The position numbers and the translations under genes were made by a program. DNA of 58,682 nucleotides from the IMG/VR virus record IMGVR_UViG_3300012685_000005, positions 1-58,682 of that record; one strand, 5' to 3'. Under the pieces are notes generated by a model that ran no database searches, was not told the DNA's origin, and worked only from the letters and a program-made list of their open reading frames with translations. Source of the DNA: a virus (taxonomy: Duplodnaviria > Caudoviricetes). Positions 1 through 13,153 of this stretch are shown here, piece after piece. How positions within the stretch are numbered: the stretch's first letter is position 1; every line of letters begins with the position of its first letter.

Positions 1-116
1 ATGACGGGCACTATCGTTGGCCAACTCACGCTGGATACGCTGCTTGTGAGGCTAGACGCGATTCCAGATCAATTACTACAGTTCAGGCAGGGCGAAGTAA
101 TGTCCGAGCTGCGCGC

Positions 117-320
117 TTGCTGACCGCCAATAACCAGTTCGAGTCGGAACTCAAGAAACGCATCTTCGAGGAAATCGACCGGTTGAAGGACAACTTAGCC
201 GCAGGGCTCGCCGTGACGGATTACGCAAAATATCAAAATATCGTCGGCCAAATCGCGGGATTGATGCTAGTGGTCGATTCATATTGCGACGAAGTTCAAA
301 CTGCGATCAATAAGAGGTGA
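117..320 (+). CDS. Hypothetical phage protein (head module)
   Basis: 67 aa helical ORF with Y-x3-VGQI-x-G-L pattern typical of small genes preceding phage GroES; start uncertain. Confidence 0.65.
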   Translation: MLTANNQFESELKKRIFEEIDRLKDNLAAGLAVTDYAKYQNIVGQIAGLMLVVDSYCDEVQTAINKR

Positions 321-326
321 TTCGAT

Positions 327-644
327 ATGGCTTTGGGAATTCAAAATTACAGTGCGGCTTATAGTGCCGCTGGTATGGCATCGACCGCTGTTGAACAGCC
401 AACTCTAGTGCGCAACGCGACCGCGCGGATGCAGCAACAGTCTGGGACTGTGTCGAAAGCGATTATCGATCTTCGCGAAAGCATTGACCGCTTGATCGGC
501 AGCGAACCGCAAAATGCCGAGAAATCCGGTGGCCCAAGTCCGGTGCCATCGGGCGACGTGCAAGCGCTGCATGCGGAAATGGACAATCACGAGCGCACGC
601 TCGTCGCACTCGCTTACCAAGTCAACCGTCTCCGGAGCATCTGA
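327..644 (+). CDS. Hypothetical coiled-coil protein
   Basis: GAGG RBS; TGATG coupling to the next gene. Confidence 0.65.
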   Translation: MALGIQNYSAAYSAAGMASTAVEQPTLVRNATARMQQQSGTVSKAIIDLRESIDRLIGSEPQNAEKSGGPSPVPSGDVQALHAEMDNHERTLVALAYQVNRLRSI

Positions 645-1084
645 TGTCGACTGTCTTGAAATCAAAGCGTGAAGCCTTCCCTGATCCGAGACACGACATT
701 CTCGACAAACTGGGCGACTTGTCGCACGTGGAAATCGCGCAAAACGAGTGCCTGATTGCGATTTACATCCGTCCTGAAAAAACGGCGGGCGGCATTATTC
801 TGACGCCGCTCAATCGCAAGGAAGACGAGTACCAGGGCAAGGCCGGACTTGTGGTCAAGATCGGCTCGGCCTGCCGATTTCAGCGCACGGACCCAAAAAC
901 GGGCGTCACTTACGGGCTGCCGATCCATCTTCACGACTGGATTGTCGCCCGCGCCTCCGACACCTGGGCCCTTGATGTCAACGCGCACCCCGATATCCTT
1001 GATCAAAAAGATTTCGTGAAGTGCCGACTCGTCTATGACGATCAAATCCGCATGAAAGTGCCGCATCCTGGGATGATTTGGTGA
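644..1084 (+). CDS. GroES/Cpn10-like co-chaperonin
   Basis: Mobile-loop motif EKTAGGIIL, then GLVVKIG and C-terminal RLVYDDQI. Confidence 0.8.
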   Translation: MSTVLKSKREAFPDPRHDILDKLGDLSHVEIAQNECLIAIYIRPEKTAGGIILTPLNRKEDEYQGKAGLVVKIGSACRFQRTDPKTGVTYGLPIHLHDWIVARASDTWALDVNAHPDILDQKDFVKCRLVYDDQIRMKVPHPGMIW

Positions 1085-1088
1085 AAAA

Positions 1089-2048
1089 ATGAGCACTACA
1101 GCCGAAGAACTCAAGATCGATCTCGACGAAATCGACAAGCAAGCCGCCGACAAGGCCGCCGCGAAGGCCAATCCCGCCGCCGACCCCATCATTGAAGTCA
1201 TCAAGACCGATCCCGCGCCAAAAGTCGCGGACCCCGCCGTCCTCACCCCCGACGCCGGCCTCGAAAAGCTCAAAAAGCAGCTCGACGATGAGCGCATCGC
1301 ACGGGCGGACGCCGACCGACGCGCGCAAGAGGCATCGGACAGTGAACTGCGCGCGCGCACCGAGGTGCAAGACACCAATTTGAACCTGTTGACGACCGCG
1401 ATCGCGAGCGTCAAGCAGTCAAACGAGACCTTGAAGGCCGGATACGCCGAAGCGATGGCCGCGCAGGACTACGCCAAGCTCGCCGAGATCCAAATCGAGA
1501 TGTCAACCAATGCGGCAAAGCTGTTGCAACTCGAAAACGGTAAATCGGCACTCGAAAAGGCACCCAAACCCGCGCCGCGGCCCGTCTCCGACCCCGTCGA
1601 GCAGTTCGCTGGCCGATTGACCGCACCGTCCGCCGCCTGGGTGCGCGCGCACCCGGATTTCGTGCGCGATCCGCAGAAAAACCGCCAGATGCTGGCCGCG
1701 CATGAGATCGCGCTCGCCCGCGGGCATGCGGCGGACTCGGCCGGGTACTTTTCATCGATCGAAAAGACGCTCGATATCGCTGTCGATCCAGCGGCGAACG
1801 GCGCCGGCACGCATATCGAAGTCGATCCCGCCGATGACCCGATGGCCGCCGCCGCGAAGGCCGCACCCGTGCGCCGCGCCTCACCGGCAGCCGCGCCCGT
1901 CACGCGCTCCGGGAATGGCGCCGGCAATCGGTCGAATGTCGTGACACTAAGTGCCGCCGAACGCGAAACGGCGAAATTAAACAACATGACGGACTTGGAA
2001 TATGCGCAACAGAAAATGGCATTGATCCGTGAAGGGAAACTCAATTGA
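1089..2048 (+). CDS. Putative capsid scaffolding protein
   Basis: Acidic Ala-rich coiled coil; C-terminal VTLSAAERETAKLNNMTDLEYAQQK; upstream of capsid genes. Confidence 0.7.
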   Translation: MSTTAEELKIDLDEIDKQAADKAAAKANPAADPIIEVIKTDPAPKVADPAVLTPDAGLEKLKKQLDDERIARADADRRAQEASDSELRARTEVQDTNLNLLTTAIASVKQSNETLKAGYAEAMAAQDYAKLAEIQIEMSTNAAKLLQLENGKSALEKAPKPAPRPVSDPVEQFAGRLTAPSAAWVRAHPDFVRDPQKNRQMLAAHEIALARGHAADSAGYFSSIEKTLDIAVDPAANGAGTHIEVDPADDPMAAAAKAAPVRRASPAAAPVTRSGNGAGNRSNVVTLSAAERETAKLNNMTDLEYAQQKMALIREGKLN

Positions 2049-2184
2049 AGGCCCGTGATTCGAATCCACGGGCGCAGGTTTCAGACATGAGTCACCTGTG
2101 CATCGCAAGCAACCATGTCCGCCGGCGGCGGGTTCTCCTTTCAGCTCTTCTCGCGCGGCCGGCATTTCACACGGAGATACTCTG

Positions 2185-2820
2185 ATGGCCATCGACCCCA
2201 ACAATGATCCCCTCCTCGGCGAGGCGCTACCGCGACTCAAGAGACCGCATGCGCCGCTACCTGGCGCGGCGCCGATATCGAACGGTACGCCGACAGCCGC
2301 AGTAGGCCCCGCTGGCGCAGAGGGCGCAATGGGTCCCAATGATTCGGGGCTCACGTATCGCGAGGAAGACCCCCGCACCCGCGCCGCGCGCCGCGCCGCC
2401 GAGCTCCGCGAGCATGGCAGTCTGAACGATGACGGCGTGGACGAGTTCTACATCGACCCGCGCATCATCCCCGATGGCTGGTCCTACGAGTACAAGCGCT
2501 ACACGGTGCTGGGCGCGCAGGACCCGTCCTATCAAGTGTCGCTCGCGCTCAAAGGCTGGGAAGCCGTGCCCGCGCGCCGGCACCCAGAATTGATGCCCGA
2601 CAACTACACGGGCAACACGATCGAGCGCAAGGGCATGATCCTGATGGAGCGCCCCGCCGAGATCACGAACGAATCGAAGGCGCGCGAACTGCGCAAGGCG
2701 CGCGAGCAAGTCGGCAGCAAAGAGGCGCAGTTGAAGGGCATGCCCGCAGGCCCGAATTCGCCGTTCGAGCCGAACAGCAAGATTGCGCGCTCGTATGAGA
2801 CGATCGCGGTACCGAAGTAA
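2185..2820 (+). CDS. Conserved head-module protein
   Basis: GGAG RBS before ATG 2185; IPDGWSYEYKR, GWEAVP and GMILMERP motifs. Confidence 0.7.
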   Translation: MAIDPNNDPLLGEALPRLKRPHAPLPGAAPISNGTPTAAVGPAGAEGAMGPNDSGLTYREEDPRTRAARRAAELREHGSLNDDGVDEFYIDPRIIPDGWSYEYKRYTVLGAQDPSYQVSLALKGWEAVPARRHPELMPDNYTGNTIERKGMILMERPAEITNESKARELRKAREQVGSKEAQLKGMPAGPNSPFEPNSKIARSYETIAVPK

Positions 2821-2822
2821 TC

Positions 2823-3101
2823 ATGCGATTCGAGGAAGTTTGCGGGACGCCCTGTGACTTATCGGGTAAAACGCTTGAGGCCGCCGCCTGCAAATTAGGC
2901 CCTTCGTTCGTCTACGATCTGCATATCCATCCTCACAACGTAGTATGGGTACGAAATCTCGTTCGACATGTGATGGCAGATGTCAAAGAAAATCCTTTGG
3001 CGCCCTATATTAACATCATCGAAGATCAGGAAATGTTGCCACGCTATGCCTGGTGTCTTGCCGCCGGGGGCAAAGCGTTCGGCAGCATGGCGCCGGGATG
3101 A
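2823..3101 (+). CDS. Hypothetical protein
   Basis: Fills the gap in the operon; 92 aa. Confidence 0.55.
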   Translation: MRFEEVCGTPCDLSGKTLEAAACKLGPSFVYDLHIHPHNVVWVRNLVRHVMADVKENPLAPYINIIEDQEMLPRYAWCLAAGGKAFGSMAPG

Positions 3102-3128
3102 CCAATTGATTATTTGAAGGAAATTTTT

Positions 3129-3461
3129 ATGATCGTTCCCACCATCGGCCGCGTCATCTTGATTCGCCACCGCACGCACGCGCTCCGTGACGCGCCGCCC
3201 GAAGCCGCGCTCATCGCCTTCGTCAATGACGATGGCACCATCAATGTCGGCGGTACGAATCATCATGGACTGCCATTCGCGCTGCATTCGGTCGTGGTCG
3301 TCCAAGAAGGCGAGATGCCACCCGAAGACACGGTGTACGCCGAATGGATGCCGTATCAGAACAAGGTCGCGAAGGGCGAGATTCCGCCGGCGCTGCATGC
3401 AGAGCCTGTTAGCGCCGTCACATCCGACGCACCGATTGTTGACAACGATCCGAATTCATGA
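3129..3461 (+). CDS. Hypothetical phage protein
   Basis: AAGGA RBS; PTIGRV...AALI...EWMPYQ pattern common in phage small proteins. Confidence 0.65.
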   Translation: MIVPTIGRVILIRHRTHALRDAPPEAALIAFVNDDGTINVGGTNHHGLPFALHSVVVVQEGEMPPEDTVYAEWMPYQNKVAKGEIPPALHAEPVSAVTSDAPIVDNDPNS

Positions 3462-3562
3462 ATTAATCGCGCTACCCCTCGGGCCCGGTGTCCGAGCTAA
3501 CGATTAGAATTCTCAGGGTCTCTCACGCTCCCGGTGACGCATGACGACCTCCGCAAGGAGTC
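3462..3562 (+). promoter_or_regulatory. Structured leader: two hairpins sharing a C-CCGGU-G loop plus an SD-sequestering GNRA hairpin
   Basis: CTCGGGC-CCGGT-GTCCGAG (3478-3496) inside TAATCG/CGATTA; second CCCGGTG at 3530-3536 inside GGTC/GACC; CTCC-GCAA-GGAG (3549-3560). Confidence 0.5.
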
Positions 3563-3568
3563 TTCGCC

Positions 3569-4186
3569 ATGGCGAATGTCAATAGCCCATACGGGTTCCG
3601 TCAATACACGGGAACGGGCGCCTCGCCAACTTACGAGCAGGTCACTTTTGGCAATGGCGGAATAGCTTACAACGCCGCCGCCATCTATTACGGCGATCCG
3701 GTCGTCCGCCAGGCATCCGGTGACGGCACGCTGAAGCAAGCCGCAGGATCCGCCGGCGGTTCCACCGTCACCATGGCGGGCATCTTCCAAGGCTGCAAGT
3801 ACCTCTCGACCGCCACCAAGCGCACGCAATGGTCGAACTACTGGCCCGGCTCCGATGTCGCGAGCGGCGCGCAGTCCACCATCGAAGCCTACGTCATCAA
3901 CGATCAGAACGCGCAGTTCGTCGTGCAGAGCGACTCGACCGGCCTCGTGCAGGCGGATGTCGGCGCCAATTTCGATTTCAACATCGGCACCGGCACGGCC
4001 GCGAATGGTCTCTCGGGTGCCTTCCTGATTCACGGAGGCGCGACGACCGCCGCGTATCCGTTCCGACTCGTGAGACTCGTGCTCGATCCGCCTGGATCAC
4101 CCGGCACTGCGTCGGGGGCCTATAACTGGGCGGTGGTGGCGTTCAACAACGTCGAGACCAAGAACGCGACTGCGGTGAACACCTAA
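3569..4186 (+). CDS. Capsid decoration/cement-like protein
   Basis: MANVNSPYGFR start and IYYGDPV, GIFQGCKY motifs; directly upstream of the major capsid gene. Confidence 0.7.
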   Translation: MANVNSPYGFRQYTGTGASPTYEQVTFGNGGIAYNAAAIYYGDPVVRQASGDGTLKQAAGSAGGSTVTMAGIFQGCKYLSTATKRTQWSNYWPGSDVASGAQSTIEAYVINDQNAQFVVQSDSTGLVQADVGANFDFNIGTGTAANGLSGAFLIHGGATTAAYPFRLVRLVLDPPGSPGTASGAYNWAVVAFNNVETKNATAVNT

Positions 4187-4199
4187 GGAGTAATGGGAA

Positions 4200-5114
4200 A
4201 TGGCCGTCAATCTTGCAGCGATCAAAGACCTACTCCTCCCCGGACTTCGCGGAATCACCGGGAAGTACGAGCAGATTCCATCCCAGTACGACAAGGTCTT
4301 CACCAAGTTCGACTCCAAAATGGCGCTGGAGCGCACCGCCGAAATGCGGTACTTGGGGCTCGCGCAGCTCAAGACCGAAGGCGGTCAGACGGCGTTCGAC
4401 AACAACGCGGGCGAGCGCTATGTGTACAACCAGGAGCATCAAGAGATCGCGCTCGGGTACGCGATCACGCGCAAGGCGATCGACGATAACCTCTACAAGA
4501 CACAGTTTCATCCCTCGAACCTGGGCCTGATCGAGTCCTTCCACCAGGCGCAGGAAATCTACGCGGCGAACGTGCTCAACACCGCGACGACCTACAACGC
4601 CTCCGTCGGCGGCGACGGCGTAGCGCTCTGCTCCGCATCGCACCCGATCGATGGCTTGACCATCGGCAATACGCCGACGACGCAAGTGGACTTGAACGAG
4701 GCGACGCTGCTCAATTCGATGATTTCGATCCGCACGAATTTCCGCGACCAAGCGGGACTCAAGATGTTCTCGCGCGGCCGCAAGCTCATCCTGCCACCCG
4801 CGCTGGAACCAGTCGGCATTCGCCTGACCAAGACCGAACTGCGCCCCGGCACGGCGGACAACGACGTGAACGCGATCCTCTCGACCGCGGGCGGCATCCC
4901 CGAAGGCTACATGGTCATGGACTTCCTGACCTCGAGCTTCGCATGGTTCCTGCTCACGAACATCGCGGGCCTCGCGTACATGAACCGCATTCCGTTCGAG
5001 ACGGATATGCAGGTGGATTTCGTGACGGACAATCTGCTCGTGAAGGGGTACCAACGCTACTCGTTCAATTATTTCCAGTGGCGTTCGATCTACGGCAATT
5101 TCCCGACCTCGTAA
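4200..5114 (+). CDS. Major capsid protein (HK97 fold)
   Basis: 304 aa; LLLPGL, K-x-EG, ALGYAIT, GDGVALCSASHP, LILPPAL and WRSIYG motifs; AAGGAG RBS; strongly biased codons. Confidence 0.85.
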   Translation: MAVNLAAIKDLLLPGLRGITGKYEQIPSQYDKVFTKFDSKMALERTAEMRYLGLAQLKTEGGQTAFDNNAGERYVYNQEHQEIALGYAITRKAIDDNLYKTQFHPSNLGLIESFHQAQEIYAANVLNTATTYNASVGGDGVALCSASHPIDGLTIGNTPTTQVDLNEATLLNSMISIRTNFRDQAGLKMFSRGRKLILPPALEPVGIRLTKTELRPGTADNDVNAILSTAGGIPEGYMVMDFLTSSFAWFLLTNIAGLAYMNRIPFETDMQVDFVTDNLLVKGYQRYSFNYFQWRSIYGNFPTS

Positions 5115-5126
5115 GGAGCCGCGCTA

Positions 5127-5678
5127 ATGTCAGACATCAACGGCGGCGTCTCCCCGAATCCGAACGGCTCACCGATCTGGCCCGCGACACAATTCACGGG
5201 TCCGGTGACAGCGGGCAATGTCGTGCATTCGGATGGTTCAGGGTCGCTCGCGCAGGTTGGCGGCACGGTCGGCACCGCGAACGTCGGCTACGCCAAGATG
5301 GCGCAGTCCGAGGTCATCACGCAGGCGGCCTCTGCTGGACAGGCTGCGGGTGTCTACAAAACCGGCATCGTGATTCCGGCGCAGAGTCAGATCACCGCGA
5401 TCAAACTCATGGTGACGACCGCGTTTTCTGGCTCGGCGACGACATTAGGTCTGGGCGATACCGCCTCGGCGACAGCGCTTACCTTGGCGAATGCCATAGT
5501 GACCTCGGGCGCCTTGGGGCAAGTGTCTGTTGTGCCGGGCACCGGCGCGACGCAAATTGCCAATTGGGACAATGTCGGCAATACCGATATCCAGATCGTG
5601 GTCACATCGACCAACACGGGCAACGGCGTCGCGACGCTGACCGTGGATTATATTCAGGGCATCAATCTCGCAAGTTAG
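5127..5678 (+). CDS. Virion structural protein (minor capsid/decoration)
   Basis: TQFTGPV N-terminus, beta-rich, follows the major capsid gene; AAGGAG RBS. Confidence 0.7.
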   Translation: MSDINGGVSPNPNGSPIWPATQFTGPVTAGNVVHSDGSGSLAQVGGTVGTANVGYAKMAQSEVITQAASAGQAAGVYKTGIVIPAQSQITAIKLMVTTAFSGSATTLGLGDTASATALTLANAIVTSGALGQVSVVPGTGATQIANWDNVGNTDIQIVVTSTNTGNGVATLTVDYIQGINLAS

Positions 5679-5689
5679 GAGCCAGTGAA

Positions 5690-6004
5690 ATGAAAGGCAG
5701 AAAATATCGCGGAACTGGCGGCGTCAACGAAGCCGAAGAGGACGAGAAGACAAAGCCTGAGGCGCGCACCGATGCCAAGAAAATCGACGCCGAGGCCGAG
5801 GAAATGAAGAAGGGCGGCCGCGCCAAGCGCCGTCATGGTGGCAAAGCCGAGATGAAGGTGCACGGCGAGAAGGCCATGCATCATGCGGGCCGCAAGCCGC
5901 GCAAGAACGGTGGTCGCACGGGCTCGGACGGTTCACCGTTCACCAGCGCTCGGCACGGCAAGAATCCGCCGGGCCGGAGCGAGATGTCGGAGTCCGAGGG
6001 GTAA
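5690..6004 (+). CDS. Small basic protein with repeated GG motifs
   Basis: AGGAG RBS before ATG 5690; MKKGGRA, RRHGGKA, RKNGGRT. Confidence 0.7.
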   Translation: MKGRKYRGTGGVNEAEEDEKTKPEARTDAKKIDAEAEEMKKGGRAKRRHGGKAEMKVHGEKAMHHAGRKPRKNGGRTGSDGSPFTSARHGKNPPGRSEMSESEG

Positions 6005-6029
6005 AAATCAGCGCGATGGCGAGCGCGAG

Positions 6030-6058
6030 ACGGGGCCATCGCGGTCCCGTTTTTGTTT
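6030..6058 (+). terminator. Rho-independent terminator after the capsid genes
   Basis: ACGGGGCC-ATCGC-GGTCCCGT stem followed by TTTTGTTT. Confidence 0.7.
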
Positions 6059-6070
6059 GAGGAGTGAGGA

Positions 6071-6717
6071 ATGAGGCCGATCACTGTTTCCGTAGGACCC
6101 CTCGCCGCCGCCAGCGCGAATAACATTGCGCTCTCGCAGACGCCCGGTGCAGCGGGTGCGATGACGCTGAACGGTTCGCTGGTCAAAGCGGGTGTTGCGA
6201 CGTTAGACAATCCGCGGCGCGTGCTGATCACGACCGCCGACACTACGACGAAATTCACCATCAATGGATGCTCGCCCACGGGCACGGCGCTGACGGAGAC
6301 ATTTTTGATTGTGGCGGGCGCGACGTATTCGCAACTCGACTATGCGAAGGTCACGTCGATTACCGTCAATCAGGGCGCGACTGCGGCGGTGACGGTCGGC
6401 ACCAATGGGATCGCATCGACGCCCTGGGTGCGGTTCGATGAATGGGCCAAGCCCCAAGTCTCGATTCAATGCAATGCGTCCGGCACGGTGAATTATACCC
6501 TCCAGGTGAGCAACGACGATCCGAATAGTCCGTGGGTCTCGCCTCCCGTATTGCCGTCTGCGATGACGTGGCTCAATACGAATGATCCAGCGGCGGTCGG
6601 CGCGACGGCATCGATTCAGACGAATTTCCTCTTCGCGCCCACGTTCGCGCGGGTACTGCTCAATAGTGGCACCGGCACCGTGACGGCGACGATGACGCAG
6701 TTCGACGTGGTGAGCCG

Positions 6718-6721
<4 letters not shown>
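6071..6721 (+). CDS. Virion structural protein
   Basis: Thr/Ala/Gly beta-rich; GAGG RBS; structural operon. Confidence 0.7.
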
Positions 6722-10366
<3,645 letters not shown>

Positions 10367-10367
10367 A

Positions 10368-12779
10368 ATGCCGCCCATTCAGCAGATGATGCTCGCCGCC
10401 ACCGCGATTATTGCGGGCGGCTCTCTCGTAGTCACGACTTCCGCAGTGCTTCCCTCGGCGCAGGTAGGATTCGCCTATTTCTTAGCGTTGCAAGCGGCCT
10501 TTGGTGTCTCGCCGTACACCTGGAATCTGGTCTCTCAGACCGGTAGTAATACGTGGGCGCTATCCTCAACTGGTCTATTGACCGGCACGCCGTCGGTCGC
10601 TGATACCGATACGATCACCGTGCATGTCGTGGACAGCGCGTCAAATACCAGCAGTAACGTGACATTGAGCGTCACCGTCAACACCATCGGCGGCACGCTC
10701 ACTCTGACATCTGCGTCGACGTTGCCGATTGCCACCAATAACGGCGGCTATTTTTACAAGCTCGCGGTGAGCGGTGGCACGGCGCCGTATACATTCAAAG
10801 TCGGCACGATCACGGGCTCGACGGGAACACAGTGGCAGACGCAATGCACGTATGACTCGGGATATTTATACGGCGCGCCCGTGACAAATGGCGCCGACAG
10901 CATCCCGGTAACCGTCACGGATGCGAAGGGCAACACGGCGTCCAAGACTTTTTCGATTACCGTCAATTCACACCTCTCGATTCAAGGGACCTCGCTCGAG
11001 TCGAGTGCGGACCAACCGCTGCCAGCGGCGATGAACGGCAATAAATATAAGCACACGTTGATCGCCGCGGGTGGCACCGGAGCTAGCTACACCTGGTCAA
11101 TTCTGTCGGGCACGTTGCCGGCCGGACTATCCCTATCGAGTGCTGGCGTGATCACCGGTACGCCTACCATCACTGGACAGGTGAGCGCCATTGTCGTCAA
11201 GGTCCAAGACAGCGGCGCGAACACCGCGACGCAGAGCTTTAGCCTGAACGTGAGCCAGAGCCTCAACGTCTCGCGGCCGGCGTGGAATTCGAATGCGTCG
11301 AATGGCTTTTTCGTGAAATCCGGGCAGTTCTACGACCCCAATGGCGCGCCGTTTCGCGTCCGGGGATTAAATCAAGTCCATTACGATCAGGGCTCCGCGA
11401 CCACCTGGGGACGCACTCAAAGCGCAGCGGTGCGCTTTGGCCTGTTCAACGGCGCGAGTGACGCGACCCAAGCGGCCGTGATGAATACTCAGCACATCGC
11501 GACCGGTCAATTTCCGATTGTTACCCGATTCGGAAATATCACGACACCGCCCGCACAGACGGGAAATGCCTCAGGCAGTTCCTCGCTGGCATTGCTCGGC
11601 GCCATGACGGTCGATTGGGTGAATAATTTCTCCGTCTGGTCGACGTACATGGCGAAAATCGCCATCAATGTCGCCAACGAATGGGGCAATTACACGAATT
11701 CGCCGGTGTATCGAGATGCCTATTCAGCGGTACAGGCGAATATCAGCAACGCAACCGGGACGACTATTACCATCAATACGGTGTCGGCCACCAATCCCTT
11801 TGCGGGTACGCCGGTTGGTTTGACCTACATGTATTTGAAGGGCGCGACAGGATTATCTAATCGCGTGGTGGCGGTCAGTGCGACGGGCGGTTCCTCCGGT
11901 GCCTGGACGGTGACCACGTCTACGTCGCTCGCTGGATGGACGAGCGGGGGCGTCCTCTACGCAGGGGCGGTGGGGATGATCCGAGCGGTAGGCTACACCT
12001 GTCCGATCTTCGTCGATTCGGCCGGTGGTGCCGGGCAAGATCCCTTGAATCCGCTCAATTATGGCGCAGCCATTCAAGCATCGGACCCATTACAAAATTG
12101 CATATTCACCGTGCATATGTACGGCAATTTCACGCCGAACGCCTGCCCAATCACGAATATTACGAAAGCGGCCAGTGCTGTCGTGACCTACAGCAATTTT
12201 AATTTGCCGTGGGGCCCGACCTCGACCAACCCATTTCGCGGCACTTATGCGAATTCGGGTTCTAACAACAATTTTATCTCAGCTACGTATATTGCGGGCG
12301 TCGCCGGGATGACACAGATCAATAACCTCAATGCTGCGATCAGCCCTCAACTGGGCACCGGTAATTCGTTTTCCAGCGGTACCGGTATCAATAGCAGCGG
12401 CTTTGGCACGTATACGAGCGGCGGCTGGATCTACGATCAAAATTATTTCGCCATTGCGATCGCCAAACTTTCCGCTCTCGCGAGTCAAGGTATCTGCGTG
12501 GCCATCATGGAATTCGGTCCGCCTGATCCGCCGCTCGCGCAAGCGCCCAACACCACCAATATCACGCCCTCGCAAGTCATCCGCACGTGCGAATACAACG
12601 GGATCGGCTGGTGCGCATGGGCATTCGATGACAATCCGGGGAACAACACCTTCGGGGCTCAATTGGCGTTGAGCACCTACGCCAAGCCGTCGGATCTATC
12701 CTATTTTGGTATCGATGTGATATTGAATCCGTCCTATGGCGTCACGGCGCTCTCGACGCCACCCTCGTCACTCTTATGA
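10368..12779 (+). CDS. Ig-like repeats plus GH5-like glycoside hydrolase
   Basis: Three LP-x-A...Y...GG-x-x-PYTW...GTP Ig units; GH5 motifs RGLN, NVANEW, FTVHMY, IMEFG, GWCAW. Confidence 0.75.
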   Translation: MPPIQQMMLAATAIIAGGSLVVTTSAVLPSAQVGFAYFLALQAAFGVSPYTWNLVSQTGSNTWALSSTGLLTGTPSVADTDTITVHVVDSASNTSSNVTLSVTVNTIGGTLTLTSASTLPIATNNGGYFYKLAVSGGTAPYTFKVGTITGSTGTQWQTQCTYDSGYLYGAPVTNGADSIPVTVTDAKGNTASKTFSITVNSHLSIQGTSLESSADQPLPAAMNGNKYKHTLIAAGGTGASYTWSILSGTLPAGLSLSSAGVITGTPTITGQVSAIVVKVQDSGANTATQSFSLNVSQSLNVSRPAWNSNASNGFFVKSGQFYDPNGAPFRVRGLNQVHYDQGSATTWGRTQSAAVRFGLFNGASDATQAAVMNTQHIATGQFPIVTRFGNITTPPAQTGNASGSSSLALLGAMTVDWVNNFSVWSTYMAKIAINVANEWGNYTNSPVYRDAYSAVQANISNATGTTITINTVSATNPFAGTPVGLTYMYLKGATGLSNRVVAVSATGGSSGAWTVTTSTSLAGWTSGGVLYAGAVGMIRAVGYTCPIFVDSAGGAGQDPLNPLNYGAAIQASDPLQNCIFTVHMYGNFTPNACPITNITKAASAVVTYSNFNLPWGPTSTNPFRGTYANSGSNNNFISATYIAGVAGMTQINNLNAAISPQLGTGNSFSSGTGINSSGFGTYTSGGWIYDQNYFAIAIAKLSALASQGICVAIMEFGPPDPPLAQAPNTTNITPSQVIRTCEYNGIGWCAWAFDDNPGNNTFGAQLALSTYAKPSDLSYFGIDVILNPSYGVTALSTPPSSLL

Positions 12780-13153
12780 ACTGCGGCGTCGGCATCTACA
12801 ACCTCTGCATCAACCAAGGCGCGACGTTCACGCGCACGTTCATCTGGAATGTGGGCACCTGTTGCTGCGATACCGTGGGCTCGGCGCCCGGTCCCGTCGA
12901 TCTCACCGACTATACCGCCATGATGCAGATTCGCGCGTATGTGAATCCCACTGCGCCGCTCTACTACGACGCGAGTTCGCATTTGACCTTGGGCGGCGTG
13001 ACAGGCGCCATCTTGCTCTCGATTCCGGCCGCGGATACGGAGACTTTCACGTGGTGGAATGGGTTTTATGATTTGCTGCTCACCGACTCGAGCGGCAATG
13101 TGACGCGGCTCCTACAAGGCACCGTGACGGTTGCACCGGGAGTGACGCCATGA
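12776..13153 (+). CDS. Ig-like fibre adaptor (BppU/LtfC-like), Cys-rich
   Basis: [24 protein letters not shown] and RLLQGTVTV motifs; CCC patch. Confidence 0.7.
   Translation: MNCGVGIYNLCINQGATFTRTFIWNVGTCCCDTVGSAPGPVDLTDYTAMMQIRAYVNPTAPLYYDASSHLTLGGVTGAILLSIPAADTETFTWWNGFYDLLLTDSSGNVTRLLQGTVTVAPGVTP

Noticed and set aside
2051-2120. tRNA suggested by TTCGAATCC
   Set aside because: No cloverleaf on either strand; it is the loop of a simple hairpin
4943-5689. 353-aa ORF 4943-6004 as listed
   Set aside because: Overlaps the capsid and the next gene; only the part from ATG 5690 has an RBS and plausible sequence
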